Below, piece after piece: positions 1-9,390 of a DNA stretch of 40,273 nt. Below the pieces are notes generated by a model that was given only the letters and a program-made list of their open reading frames with translations, ran no database searches and had not been told where the DNA came from. The stretch comes from Macrostomum lignano (Eukaryota). Position 1 is the stretch's first letter. Every line of letters starts with the position of its first letter. The position numbers and the translations under genes were made by a program. The DNA lies in assembly GCA_002269645.1 (NCBI GenBank), contig NIVC01004626.1, positions 1 to 40,273 on the forward strand. The letters are read 5' to 3'.

Positions 1-776
1 ATATTGCAATGACTGGCAGCTAACGAGATGACAGTGATGCCAGGCCCATGGGAGATTTTCCCGTCTGTATGCCATTGATACTGTGATAAAAGGCCATGAA
101 CAGCTGTGCTGCTTCGCTTCTGAGCAAGCAGCTTGAAGAGATATTTCACCTTTTATTGGTGATTTGTTGTTGGCTTATTGGCAGATTCAACTTGCCAAAT
201 TTCGAGGCGCTGTGACTCGCTCATGTCAACGGCTTGGGTAAGACGTATGGATAAATTCCTGCAAATCTTTGTGCAGAATAAATCGAATTCATTCAGAGAA
301 GTTAAAAAACACAAGGGCTGTACTTTAACCAAGTAGAATTGCCCAAATCTTCGGGAAAGCCCACTACTTGCATAGAACGTGGGTCGTACTATAAAGCTGT
401 CGTAGCGTAAGTTCGATCGTACGTCTGAACTTTTACACTACGGAGATAGGAACTAAGAACGATCTTATCTTACGATGGCTTTATAGAACGGGCCCCGTGT
501 CTGTATGAGGCGTGTCTTTGTAGGAAAGCCTCCACATGGTATCGTATCGACCATTTGACTGATTTTTCCACATTTTCCTAGAGTATGTGTTTTACCTTTA
601 TTTCACTGTGTACATGTACTTCACCTGTCTTAAGTTCGGTAGTTTCCATAAAAATTTCCCCTATGTAATTTTTCCTGACAAAACCAGAAGTCTCGCACGC
701 GTTCTCGTCTCATCCGGCTTCTGTAAGCAGTAGGAGTGCAACTGTGGCTCTCATTTTTTAATATGAATTGCAGAAA

Positions 777-1767
777 ATGATGCTTCAGCTCTTGTTGCTG
801 CTCATTGTTGGACTCCAACTTGCTGAATTAGCCACTCCGAGCGAACCTATTGGACCAGCCGCGACGGTCTCTCTGACTATGAGGTTGCGAGCTCGCGCTC
901 CATGCGCTCGGAAGTCGAATGCCTCAATGTGGCAAGCAGCGAATCCGCTGTGCAGCTGGTGGCGTTCAACGCCAGCTCCGGCCTGTGCGCTCACTTCAGG
1001 TGTCGCCTGGACCTGAGCCACTGCAGGAAGTGCCGGGATGTGAACAAAGGAGATCATCAAGTGTGGGTGAGTCCTGTGTCAGCAGCATTCGCATTAACAT
1101 AGTCTGAATTGGCACTTTAGCAAAAAACTTTTTACATTGCAGACAGCCGGCAGTGACTGCTGGACCACCGTGCAGCACAGGGTGTCCGGCTCAGTGGACT
1201 TTTACCGCAACTGGACTCAGTACCAGAGCGAGTTCGGCGAGGGACCCGATGGAAACTACTGGATCGGTGGGGTTGAAAGCTTTTTAATATTCTGTAATTA
1301 AATTTGGATAATTGGAACTATGTTCAACTTTTCAACTTCCCAGGCCTGAACTCTCTCCATACTCTGACGTCATCTGGCGCACGGAAGCTGAGGATCCTGA
1401 TGAAGGACTGGAACGACTCGATTAGCTGGGCTGAGTACTCCAGCTTCTCAGTGGGTCCCGAGTCGGACAACTACCGGCTGAGCGTGTCCGGCTTCTCCGC
1501 AGCGCCGGCATCGGCGACTCACTGTCCTACAGCAGCGGCCGGCAGTTCAGCACGAAAGACGTTGATCACGATGCCCACCTGGAAAGCAACTGTGCCAAGG
1601 TATATTCCGGTGCCTGGTGGTTTTTCGCCTGCCACAGTACGCACCCCAATGGAGTTTACAAAAACTTCTCTGAGGCTATCGGTGGTATGTACGCACAGGG
1701 CACCATCTGGAACTTAAAATATGGGTACTACTACTCGCTGAAGGAGTTCGAGATGATGGTACTGTGA
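777..1767 (+). CDS. Secreted fibrinogen-related domain (FReD) protein, 3 exons (777-1066, 1143-1266, 1344-1767), two apparent 1-bp frameshifts (~900, ~1500)
   Basis: Signal-peptide-like [20 protein letters not shown] introns have matching phases (0 and 1). Exon 2 reads [36 protein letters not shown]. Exon 3 reads LNSLHTLT...YRLSVSGFS and, after a shift, [20 protein letters not shown]...[22 protein letters not shown]...[11 protein letters not shown]. These are fibrinogen C-terminal motifs. AATAAA at 1833-1838. Confidence 0.85.
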
Positions 1768-1917
1768 AACTGATTAAAAATCTTAAACAATTTGCGAATT
1801 CTTTTGGTCAACAGCCAACCTTAGCAGCATTCAATAAAACTCTGTCGAAAAATGAGTTGGCCTAGGCTAACCGCCTATTTCATCCATATGGTATTTTCTC
1901 TATTTACACTGTACGCA

Positions 1918-2581
1918 ACTACTAAGCAACGGCAGATGGCTCGATTTGCGAAGGTCCGTCGGGCTGATGTCGGCCTCTAGCACCGCGGCAAGGTGCTCCC
2001 TCGGGGTGTACACCTCCCCGGGGTGTACCTCCAGCGGGGTGGGTGTCCAGCGAGTGTACTCCAGCGGGGTGGGCCTCCCGCGAGTGTACATCCGGCCGGC
2101 TGGGCGTCCAGCGAGTGTACCTTCAGCGCATGGGCCTCCCTCGGGGTGTACATCCGGCGGGGGGATTCCCGCCCCTCCCACCAATGTCGTGTGCACGCGG
2201 TTAGTGTAGGAAGGAAACCCCCGATGCTGACGCAGCCCTGTACACTGAGCAACCGGCCCCCCATGCGGGGGACAGAGAGCAGCCCTGTAGCTGGGGACAG
2301 AGAGCAGCCCCTGTAGCAGGAGGGGTAGTGCGTGGAGAGCCGCCATCCCCTGTAGCAGGGGACAGATAACAGGCGACCCCTGTAGCAGTATGAGGTGGGG
2401 TACAAAGAGACACGGGGTGCTGGGACAGAGAGTGCGTGGAGGCACCCTGCGCTGCCCTGGCATGTCGCAGCACGCGGCGTGGACAGAGAGGGAGTGTGAG
2501 TCACACGGAGGGACAGAGAGCTTCCCCAGGCCGGGGTGGTAGAGGACAGACCGGCGGTGAGTGATAGAGAGCTCCCCCAGG
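1918..2581 (+). repeat. Left terminal inverted repeat (GC-rich, with internal ~31-bp and GGACAGAGAG sub-repeats)
   Basis: Reverse complement of 11799-12442. Differs mainly by homopolymer indels, one extra ~24-bp unit and a 9-bp sub-terminal block. Confidence 0.95.
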
Positions 2582-2671
2582 GCAGTAGAGGACTTGAAAG
2601 AAAAAACACGTATTTTAGTTGTTTCAGGTTCAGGCCATCCGGCAAACAGAGCAAAGCTCTCCAACAGTGTT

Positions 2672-3301
2672 TTATTTAGCATAAACTACGGGGTAGCGCC
2701 CCAACACATTAGCATAGTAGCGAACAGATGCGTTCTGCAAGCAATTAACAATCAAGTAGGAGTAGGGCTCCCTAGTGGCGTCTTCGTACATTTGAACAAA
2801 ACTTTTTGGGTTAGCGGGGACAAGCTGCTTTGCAATATGGCGCGACTGTACTAACGTCCCGTACATTGCGGAACAATACAAGGTAGTTTGCGTTAAGGGA
2901 TTGAGTGCGGTGCTCCTTGCCTTGGCAAACAGGTTTTGTACAAGGTACCAAAGCCGGAATCCCACATGGCTGACTTTGCGAGTGAAAAATGCGGTAAAAG
3001 CAGCGTTTTTTTCCATGGCTTGCATTTGATCATCGACAACGAGTAGAATATTCGGAGCGGGAACATAGGTTTCAGGGTTAAATGTAGACGAGCGAAAATT
3101 GACAGGGTACGGTAATTCAAACAGTTCCGGGTCTGGATAGTGCCCAAACCAATCAACGCGAACAGGCTTAGGGTCCTGAAAAAACTCGTTTCGCAGCAAT
3201 TCTTTAACAAGAGTTGTTTTTCCGCTCTGGTTAACACCAGCAAAAATCGCCGAAGTATTTGGAGCAAACTTTAGAGCGTCAGGATCAATTGTTTGGTACA
3301 T
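2672..3301 (-). CDS. FtsK/A32-like genome packaging ATPase (likely start ATG at 3301; two compensating frameshifts ~2917 and ~2850)
   Basis: Walker A GVNQSGKT, Walker B LLVVDD, then LVQNLF. The canonical segment GKEHRTQSLNANYLVLFRNVRDVS lies in an alternate frame between the two shifts. Confidence 0.88.
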   Translation of the reverse strand: MYQTIDPDALKFAPNTSAIFAGVNQSGKTTLVKELLRNEFFQDPKPVRVDWFGHYPDPELFELPYPVNFRSSTFNPETYVPAPNILLVVDDQMQAMEKNAAFTAFFTRKVSHVGFRLWYLVQNLFAKARSTALNPLTQTTLYCSAMYGTLVQSRHIAKQLVPANPKSFVQMYEDATREPYSYLIVNCLQNASVRYYANVLGRYPVVYAK

Positions 3302-3335
3302 TTTCAGGGCGAGTTGACACTCCAAATATTAAAAA

Positions 3336-3773
3336 CTATTTTATTTGTAGAACATGTTTTCGAACCATCAAATCATTTTCAAGCAGATTGGTAGAGTAAC
3401 ATTCCCTTAAAATCTTTTCAATCGACAACCCCTCTAAAAAGTGCTTTTCGGCCACAAAAATCACATGCGGCCCACACGCTACACTTAGAGGGTGTTGAAC
3501 AGGGTGGCGATTCATAGCAACAGGTGAATGTACATGCTTCGAGATCCAAGCCGAGAGCAATTCCGGCACGGGTTCAATACACAGAGGGTCAAAAAATGTC
3601 ACACTCTTATCATCGTGTAGGCAAATCAGTCCCCAGTGGGTGCCTGGCAGATTACCCGTGTCAAAATTAATTACATATGCAGCAGGGTAAACAGGTGCAG
3701 GAATTCTGTCGAGAGGGCAAACGTGCACTTCCACAGGTAGTTTTAAACACTCCAAAATTTCCAACGTGTTCAT
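3336..3773 (-). CDS. Adenain-like (adenovirus-type) cysteine maturation protease
   Basis: GTHWGL (His), FFDPL (Asp), PVQHPLSVACG (Gln, Cys) in the expected order; 145 aa. Confidence 0.9.
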   Translation of the reverse strand: MNTLEILECLKLPVEVHVCPLDRIPAPVYPAAYVINFDTGNLPGTHWGLICLHDDKSVTFFDPLCIEPVPELLSAWISKHVHSPVAMNRHPVQHPLSVACGPHVIFVAEKHFLEGLSIEKILRECYSTNLLENDLMVRKHVLQIK

Positions 3774-5050
3774 ACGTAGTCCAGAATGGGCTGGCGGCCT
3801 CTAGTGATTTGCACCGCGTTGTCAAAGTAACCAAACACCAAAACGTTAATCCCGGCAGGTAGGGCTGCAGAAAACTTTATCTGTAGGGTCAGATTCCCTC
3901 TCTCGCGAGGCATGCTATGTCCACCCAGTTCCATATCGGGCATTAGATTCCACGCAAATAAGCAGTAACCGGCGCGATAATCCGAATATGACAGGTCAAT
4001 GTCCAAATCGCGATTCATTTTCCCTAGGCTCTTAAACAGCATGGCGTATTCGCGAGCATAGTTTGGGCAGCGAACCTTGGAGTGAATGGTTGACCGCACA
4101 GACTGACACCGTCCTTGTACAGGGCCACACTGTCAGCCCAAATGGCTCGAAATTGAACGGATTATGGGTAGCCACCCCGTTATATGCGGCACTATTTACC
4201 ATCCCATAATGACAAGTTTAGGCTTCTGCTCCGGGAAAATATTATTGATTGACACGTCGCGAACTCCTACAGCGACAGAGGTGTTGTGTACAACGAGGCG
4301 CTCGATGGGGTAGACTGCATTCTGAGTTGCCAGCTGTTCTTCAATCTCCAAGGCCAGTTGGGGGTTAGCCTTTACCCGACGAACGTGTAATTTTGCACTT
4401 TGAAGAACCAACTTTGCATCAACCCCTTCGGCGTGATTCTCTACAACGAATCCCGAATTTTGCAGAGTGAGCGTAACCACCATATCAGTGTAGGGTAGCA
4501 GCATACGATCGTTGGTGACAAAAAAGTCGAGACTAAGAGGGCCATACAGGTGAAATGTTCGAGAACCGGCAGCCATCGCCTTGCGAGTTACAAAGCCAGG
4601 ATTTCCAACCGCAGCCATTTGACCCCCAGCGTCTTTAGCGTAGCCCATCATCCGCAGTTGGTTAGACTTTGAATCAGACCCATAACTCAAGCATGTACGA
4701 ATGTACGCCTTGTAGGCATGGTTGTTGTTGCTAGACTCGATATGTGTACCATTTATGGAAAGAGACACGTTTTTGAACATGGTCTCCAAGAGGTAATTGA
4801 TTGGCGCCACGTTTGAATCCGCCGCCAAATCGGCTCCATTAGCTCTTTTAATACAACCTTTAATCTCGAGATCAATGTCATTAAGATCGACAAACGTCTC
4901 GCCGCCCACAATTCTAAACTCAACCACACTCGCATTTTCGACGCTGGCAACCGGGTGGATTTCTTCAGTAGTTGAACCTACAGCGGCAATCTGGTGGGCT
5001 CGAGGGGCAAAGAGCTCAAACTCGGACTTTGTACACAGACACTCGGACAT
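3770..5050 (-). CDS. Major capsid protein (double jelly-roll, hexon-like), interrupted by three 1-bp frameshifts (~4200, ~4130, ~4065)
   Basis: N-terminus SEFELFAPRAHQ...VEFRIVGGETFVDLNDIDLEIKG is typical of Polinton MCP. The bridging frames read VNSAAYNGVATHNPFNFEPFGL and VALYKDGVSLCGQPFTPRF. C-terminus NYAREYAMLF...GYCLFAWNL...GNLTLQIKFSAALPAGINVLVFGYFDNAVQITRGRQPILDY. Confidence 0.88.
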
Positions 5051-5079
5051 GTTTAGTAGACAGACTCGATTCGGCGAAT

Positions 5080-5424
5080 CTAATTGAAGCGGGGCTTTTT
5101 ATTTATAGTGCTGAAAATGTCTGAATTGAGACGCTTCGGAGCCTTTTTTCTTCTTCGTCCGCTACCCCTTTGGGTAACCGTGTCTTTAAAGGCGTCCTTG
5201 GCAGCCTGAACAGAATTGCGCAGGACAGACTCCTTCAAATTGCCTCCTTGCTCGAGGCTATCGTTAACAGTAGTTGCTAGGGCTCTAGTACCATGACGGA
5301 GAACGTTTTTACCAAAACTCTTTAGAATTGGCAGCGCGAAGCGGGCAATGCTTCCAAACAAACCGTTGCCCCTCTGGGCGCCCGCGAAAACAGGCAAAGC
5401 TCCACCAATCAGAATAGAAGGCAT
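5080..5424 (-). CDS. Small basic/amphipathic virion-type protein resembling conserved Polinton/adintovirus ORFs (QRGxG motif)
   Basis: QRGNGLFGSIARFALPILKSFGK amphipathic helix, second QRGSG, basic C-terminus RRRKKAPKR; located between penton and hexon. Confidence 0.6.
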   Translation of the reverse strand: MPSILIGGALPVFAGAQRGNGLFGSIARFALPILKSFGKNVLRHGTRALATTVNDSLEQGGNLKESVLRNSVQAAKDAFKDTVTQRGSGRRRKKAPKRLNSDIFSTINKKPRFN

Positions 5425-5467
5425 GATTAAGCACTAGGATATAGTTTACTGAGGCTGTGCTGTTTAT

Positions 5468-6605
5468 TTATAGCTTCTTTTCGCGGATGTTAACGCTCAA
5501 GACGGTCTTGCCCCTCATTACTTTTGTCATATCCCTGCCCATATCATCGTTAATTTGTACTTCAATAGTTTTGAATGGGTGCTTAACCAGCGGTAGATAT
5601 GCCGGATTGACAAACTCGTAGTACTCGCGACCGCCCTGAACTTTGGGATCCATCGGTATAGCTCCCAACAGAGGAACTTTAACGTCTCCTACAATAACAG
5701 AATCGACTATGCTCGAATAGATGTACATTGTTTGTATTCCACCGGTTAATTCCATTGATGTGGCTGCCCCAAATCCGATATACCGAAAAATGGGGTTGTA
5801 TAATCATGCTCTGGGAAACCAAGCATGCGGTCAAGCGCCCCAGCCCAAACATGTAATCCATCGAGCCAATGTAATAACACCTATTCGTAACTTCGCTGTA
5901 TCCGAAAAAGTCCGTTCTAGGTGCTGGAGCCGCTATGAGATCTTTGATCCGTTTCCAAATTAAATTGTTGAGTTCCTCCACCATTCTTTTAGGTGTACTA
6001 TAGTATCCTCCCTGCATAAAAAATATTTGATCAGACGCTGCGCTAGTAACTTGTCTTATTATTGGAGCATGGTCCATTGACTGCACAGTCGGTTCCTCAA
6101 CAACTGCGGTGATGGAGGCTGCACACCCCGCGTGTAATACGAGTTCAGTAGGTAGATCCTCATTAGACTCGAAGCCGGCGACTAGTTTAAACACCTTGGG
6201 TAGGGTATCCGGGAATTTGATGCCGACGGTGGATTTTGAAGTATTCACAATCATAAAGGCGGTTGGGGATGTTCTTAAAAAGACAATTTTCTTATTATCC
6301 CCTTCAACGTATCGGATACCGTTTAGAAAGCCGGAAATACATTCTTCAGGGGTTTTCAGACCCGCTGCGAGACAAAGGTTTGCAAACGACGAAGCCGTCA
6401 AGAGGCCCTCCTGTTCGCGAATGGTGATCGGTATAGATTTTTTGAAAGATTCAAATTCTTTGGTAAAGTAGATCCGTTCGAGGCAAACCTCATGATTCGG
6501 AAAGTGGAGAGTGTCCGGTAAATTAATAAAATAATGAGCCGGATTATTTTCGGGATAGTGCTCGGGGCACGCATTGCTAGGCAGAAAGAGATGCATGGTA
6601 GCCAT
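5468..6605 (-). CDS. Minor capsid protein (penton-like), with one or two frameshifts at ~5770-5840
   Basis: N-terminus HLFLPSNACPEHYPENNPAHYFINLP...EVCLERIYF, an LDRMLGF segment in an intermediate frame, and C-terminus MYIYSSIVDSVIVGDVKVPLL...YLPL...IEVQINDDMG. These are Polinton penton-type motifs. Confidence 0.8.
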
Positions 6606-6608
6606 GCA

Positions 6609-7708
6609 TTAGTTATTATTACGTTGACGTATATTTATAACTTCATTTACAGGTACAAATGAATTAAAAGTGTCGGGATAACCGCGCCAGCTAACGTAAT
6701 GGTGCGCAACACCATTTATTAACACGTTTCTACGCAAAACTTTATTGATTACAAAACGCTCGGGTCGGGTAGATTTGGACAGTTCATTGTAGTAAAACCG
6801 TCCCTCAATCACTTCACCAGACAAATCAGAAATACGATAAAAATGTGGGGGTCCAGGACAAACTTTGGATATAATGTACACCTCCTCACTATACATGTCG
6901 TACGCCTCCTTGTCGAATGCCCGGCGAGATTTCGAAATTCTCACAAAATCCCCCTTTTTATATACGGGGTCGTCTTTTTGCTGATCCGGGTAGAGCTTTT
7001 CCCACACACGCTTCTGATTGTGGAACCCTACACTTGACGGTTTCATCTCAATAGTAGAATGCGTCGTGTTGTTGTAATTACCTACCAAATTGGTAAGTAG
7101 TCAACCCAACGCCACGTGTTGTTGTGCTCAAAGTAGCGAGCCAGACGCTTTCGAAGAGTTCTAATCAGCCTCTCGGCCATGTTTGCCTTGTACACAGAGT
7201 TGGTGCTGTACATTTTAACATTATTGTCTTTTAGTATGCGGCGCATTCGCTGATTATAAAACTCGGTACCCCGATCCACGTGCAGGTAAAGGGGGCGGGC
7301 AGGGAAATCATTCGCCAACATTGACTCAAACGCTGCGGGGGTATCACTCTTTAGTTTAATTGCCCTACAAAAAGCCTGCTTACTAAGCACATCAATAACA
7401 ACTAGTATATATTTATGTCCGTCATTCCAACGTTTGTATCGCGACATGTCCATCAAATCGGCTTGTAGAGTTTCCATGAATCCTCCCGACATTACTTTTC
7501 CCGTTTTAAATGTCCTGTTGACTCTCCGGTGACGGGTGTAACTCGGTTGGGTTTCTAGCCATTCCCTGGTTTGGCGTCTTGTCAGGTTTGGCGCCAGACG
7601 TTTGGCCTCCTGATAGACACGGGCAGCATTTGAAAAAGCGGCGGCTCCTTGTTCGTAAACTCGACGAAGAGCGGTTAGAGCCCTCATTGACAACAAGTGT
7701 GGATGCAC
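6609..7708 (-). CDS. Retroviral-like (rve) integrase with C-terminal chromodomain; one 1-bp frameshift at ~7090
   Basis: DDE triad: QADLMD, HVDRGTEF, AERLIRTL. YNNTTHSTIEMKP follows the shift. Chromodomain FVINKVL...YVSWRGYPDTFNSFVP. Confidence 0.92.
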
Positions 7709-7859
7709 AGCATGAATAGTTGCACGTAATGTCGGCTGGGGAGTTGTCTACACAAAGCTTTGATGCGGCGGCTGCTGCGCCCATGACCGCCGGGCGCGGT
7801 TATGTATGGATTAGGGTTCTATTTATAAAGAGTATCGTATTTTCGGTTCCGGGGCGGTC

Positions 7860-8441
7860 TTAGTTGGTAATCGTGATATTTACCCATCCCGGCACCTTGA
7901 TCCACAAGTTGGGCATAGCATTTACACCTTTGTTGCGCGTGGTCGTTAAATCGCGGGTGTCTGTCGCAATTGTGTGCTCATATTCATCGCGGTAATCATC
8001 GGTACCAACCATATGGTCAACCTTCTTTTCCTCCACAGGGAGCTGTTTCCGACCGAGCATAGACATTGGTATACGGGCCTTGTCTAGCAGAGCCCAGAAA
8101 GCGGTCGAATATTTCGGGTGATTATTAGTGTTGGTGGTGACGGCTTGTAGAAGATCAAAAACGTTGCTGCCACCCCAAGTTTCACCATCAAAAACGACTT
8201 CCCACGATTGGTTGTAATTTAGGCTGGGGTGCTTTTCTGTTAGTATATTCCATATACGTTGTTGCCTATCAGAAAATAGCTGCTTTGTCGTCTTTTGGGG
8301 TTTTACTTTAGCCAATTGGGTCTGTAGCTTTGCATTGTACTCTACAAGTTTTTCGTACTCCGATTTTGGGGCAATTTCTCGCGGAGTACCCTGTCTAAGC
8401 TGATTGAATTCCTCCTCGGGGACCACAACGTACTTGTCCAT
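7860..8441 (-). CDS. Conserved Polinton/adintovirus-type hypothetical protein (likely start MDKY at 8441)
   Basis: Coiled N-terminus and the segment YNQSWEVVFDGETWGGSNVFDLL...HPKYSTAFWALLDKARIPMSMLG, which resembles an ORF I recall from Polinton-like elements. Recognition from memory only. Confidence 0.5.
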   Translation of the reverse strand: MDKYVVVPEEEFNQLRQGTPREIAPKSEYEKLVEYNAKLQTQLAKVKPQKTTKQLFSDRQQRIWNILTEKHPSLNYNQSWEVVFDGETWGGSNVFDLLQAVTTNTNNHPKYSTAFWALLDKARIPMSMLGRKQLPVEEKKVDHMVGTDDYRDEYEHTIATDTRDLTTTRNKGVNAMPNLWIKVPGWVNITITN

Positions 8442-8443
8442 TT

Positions 8444-8833
8444 TCAACGTCGTTGTCCTAGCAGACCGCCAAACAGTCCAGTGATTAACGGAGCAGCAAT
8501 CTTGGCGAGAATTGGTAGGAATCCTCCAACTTGAGGGTCCGATAGTATCATATTCTTCTTCCTATTTATAGACAGTTTTTTGTCGGCCATGTCATGCAGG
8601 GCTTCTCTATAACGTTTCAACCTTGCAAACTGTCTAGGGGATAGATCGATATTGCCCTTGAGTACATTGTGGCTTAACTCGCACAGACACTGCATCAACT
8701 CATTATCGGCTCCCCTAATAATGGCCCTCCTTCGATGTGGTCGCGCGTCACCGAGCTCCTCTAGCTCGCGACGGCAAGAACAAAGACGAGAAATTCCGTT
8801 TGTCATTATTAAGGTGGTAAGCATTGCGTGCAT
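8444..8833 (-). CDS. Conserved small protein with C-terminal amphipathic helix (QxGGFL motif), putative membrane-active virion protein
   Basis: CLCELSHNVLKGNIDLS...LKRYREALHDMADKKLSINRKKNMIL...QVGGFLPILAKIAAPLITGLFGGLLG matches the pattern of a widespread Polinton/adintovirus ORF. Confidence 0.6.
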   Translation of the reverse strand: MHAMLTTLIMTNGISRLCSCRRELEELGDARPHRRRAIIRGADNELMQCLCELSHNVLKGNIDLSPRQFARLKRYREALHDMADKKLSINRKKNMILSDPQVGGFLPILAKIAAPLITGLFGGLLGQRR

Positions 8834-8871
8834 ACATGTGCATATTTTGTTTATTTATAAGCAAAGCATAA

Positions 8872-9390
8872 TTAGAGTTGCAGAATAGCAGTCACGTGGT
8901 CGTACATTTTACACAGTTCGTCATAGTTTCGTATTCCTAGGAACACTAACCGACCATTCTTTCCGCACAGCAGGCACTTGGCCTTGCGGAATGGGGACTT
9001 TATTACAAGCCCATTGAATACCTCACTCTCCCACTCAACCCAGCGCGAGCTCGAGTTGGCAAGGCGGAAAAAGTTTGGCTTAACATTAACTTCTGCACGA
9101 TAAGTACCGGTAGTGATAACAACAGAGTTTGGTTTACATTGAGCAAAAAGACGCAGCACATCGTTGGTTGATTGGCAACCAAAAACAATGGCAGATAATG
9201 AACGTTTGAAAAAGTTTATTGTACACTTTCCGATCCTCAGGTTGTACAATGCCCGGGGTCTATGAAACGTTCTAGCGCGCGCCCAGTCCAAGTTCGGTAG
9301 GTGGTTCCACCTTGCGCAAAACACCCTGTTTACGCACACGACGTTCTGCAAGCGGTTTTTTCGGTTGCTTTTGTTTCCGCTCAGCTCCAC
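8872..9390 (-). CDS. Divergent TATA-binding-protein (TBP)-like protein; no in-frame ATG found
   Basis: Collinear by-eye alignment with both TBP repeats: RLQNVVC vs QLQNIVS; AIVFGCQS vs MVCTGAKS; EWESEVFNGLVIK vs SYEPELFPGLIYR; GRLVFLGIRNYDELCKMYDHVTAIL vs [25 protein letters not shown]. The ~160-aa core is the right size. Confidence 0.7.
   Translation of the reverse strand: MELSGNKSNRKNRLQNVVCVNRVFCARWNHLPNLDWARARTFHRPRALYNLRIGKCTINFFKRSLSAIVFGCQSTNDVLRLFAQCKPNSVVITTGTYRAEVNVKPNFFRLANSSSRWVEWESEVFNGLVIKSPFRKAKCLLCGKNGRLVFLGIRNYDELCKMYDHVTAILQL

Noticed and set aside
1900-2682. Long ORFs in both TIRs (1900-2682, 1977-2654, 11753-12382 and others)
   Set aside because: GC-rich repeat sequence is open in several frames on both strands, the translations are low-complexity, and the frames are not preserved between the two TIR copies.
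4060-7095. Programmed ribosomal frameshifting in hexon, penton or integrase
   Set aside because: Several shifts per gene inside conserved folds, no consistent slippery heptamer, and similar indels in host genes. Error or decay is more parsimonious.
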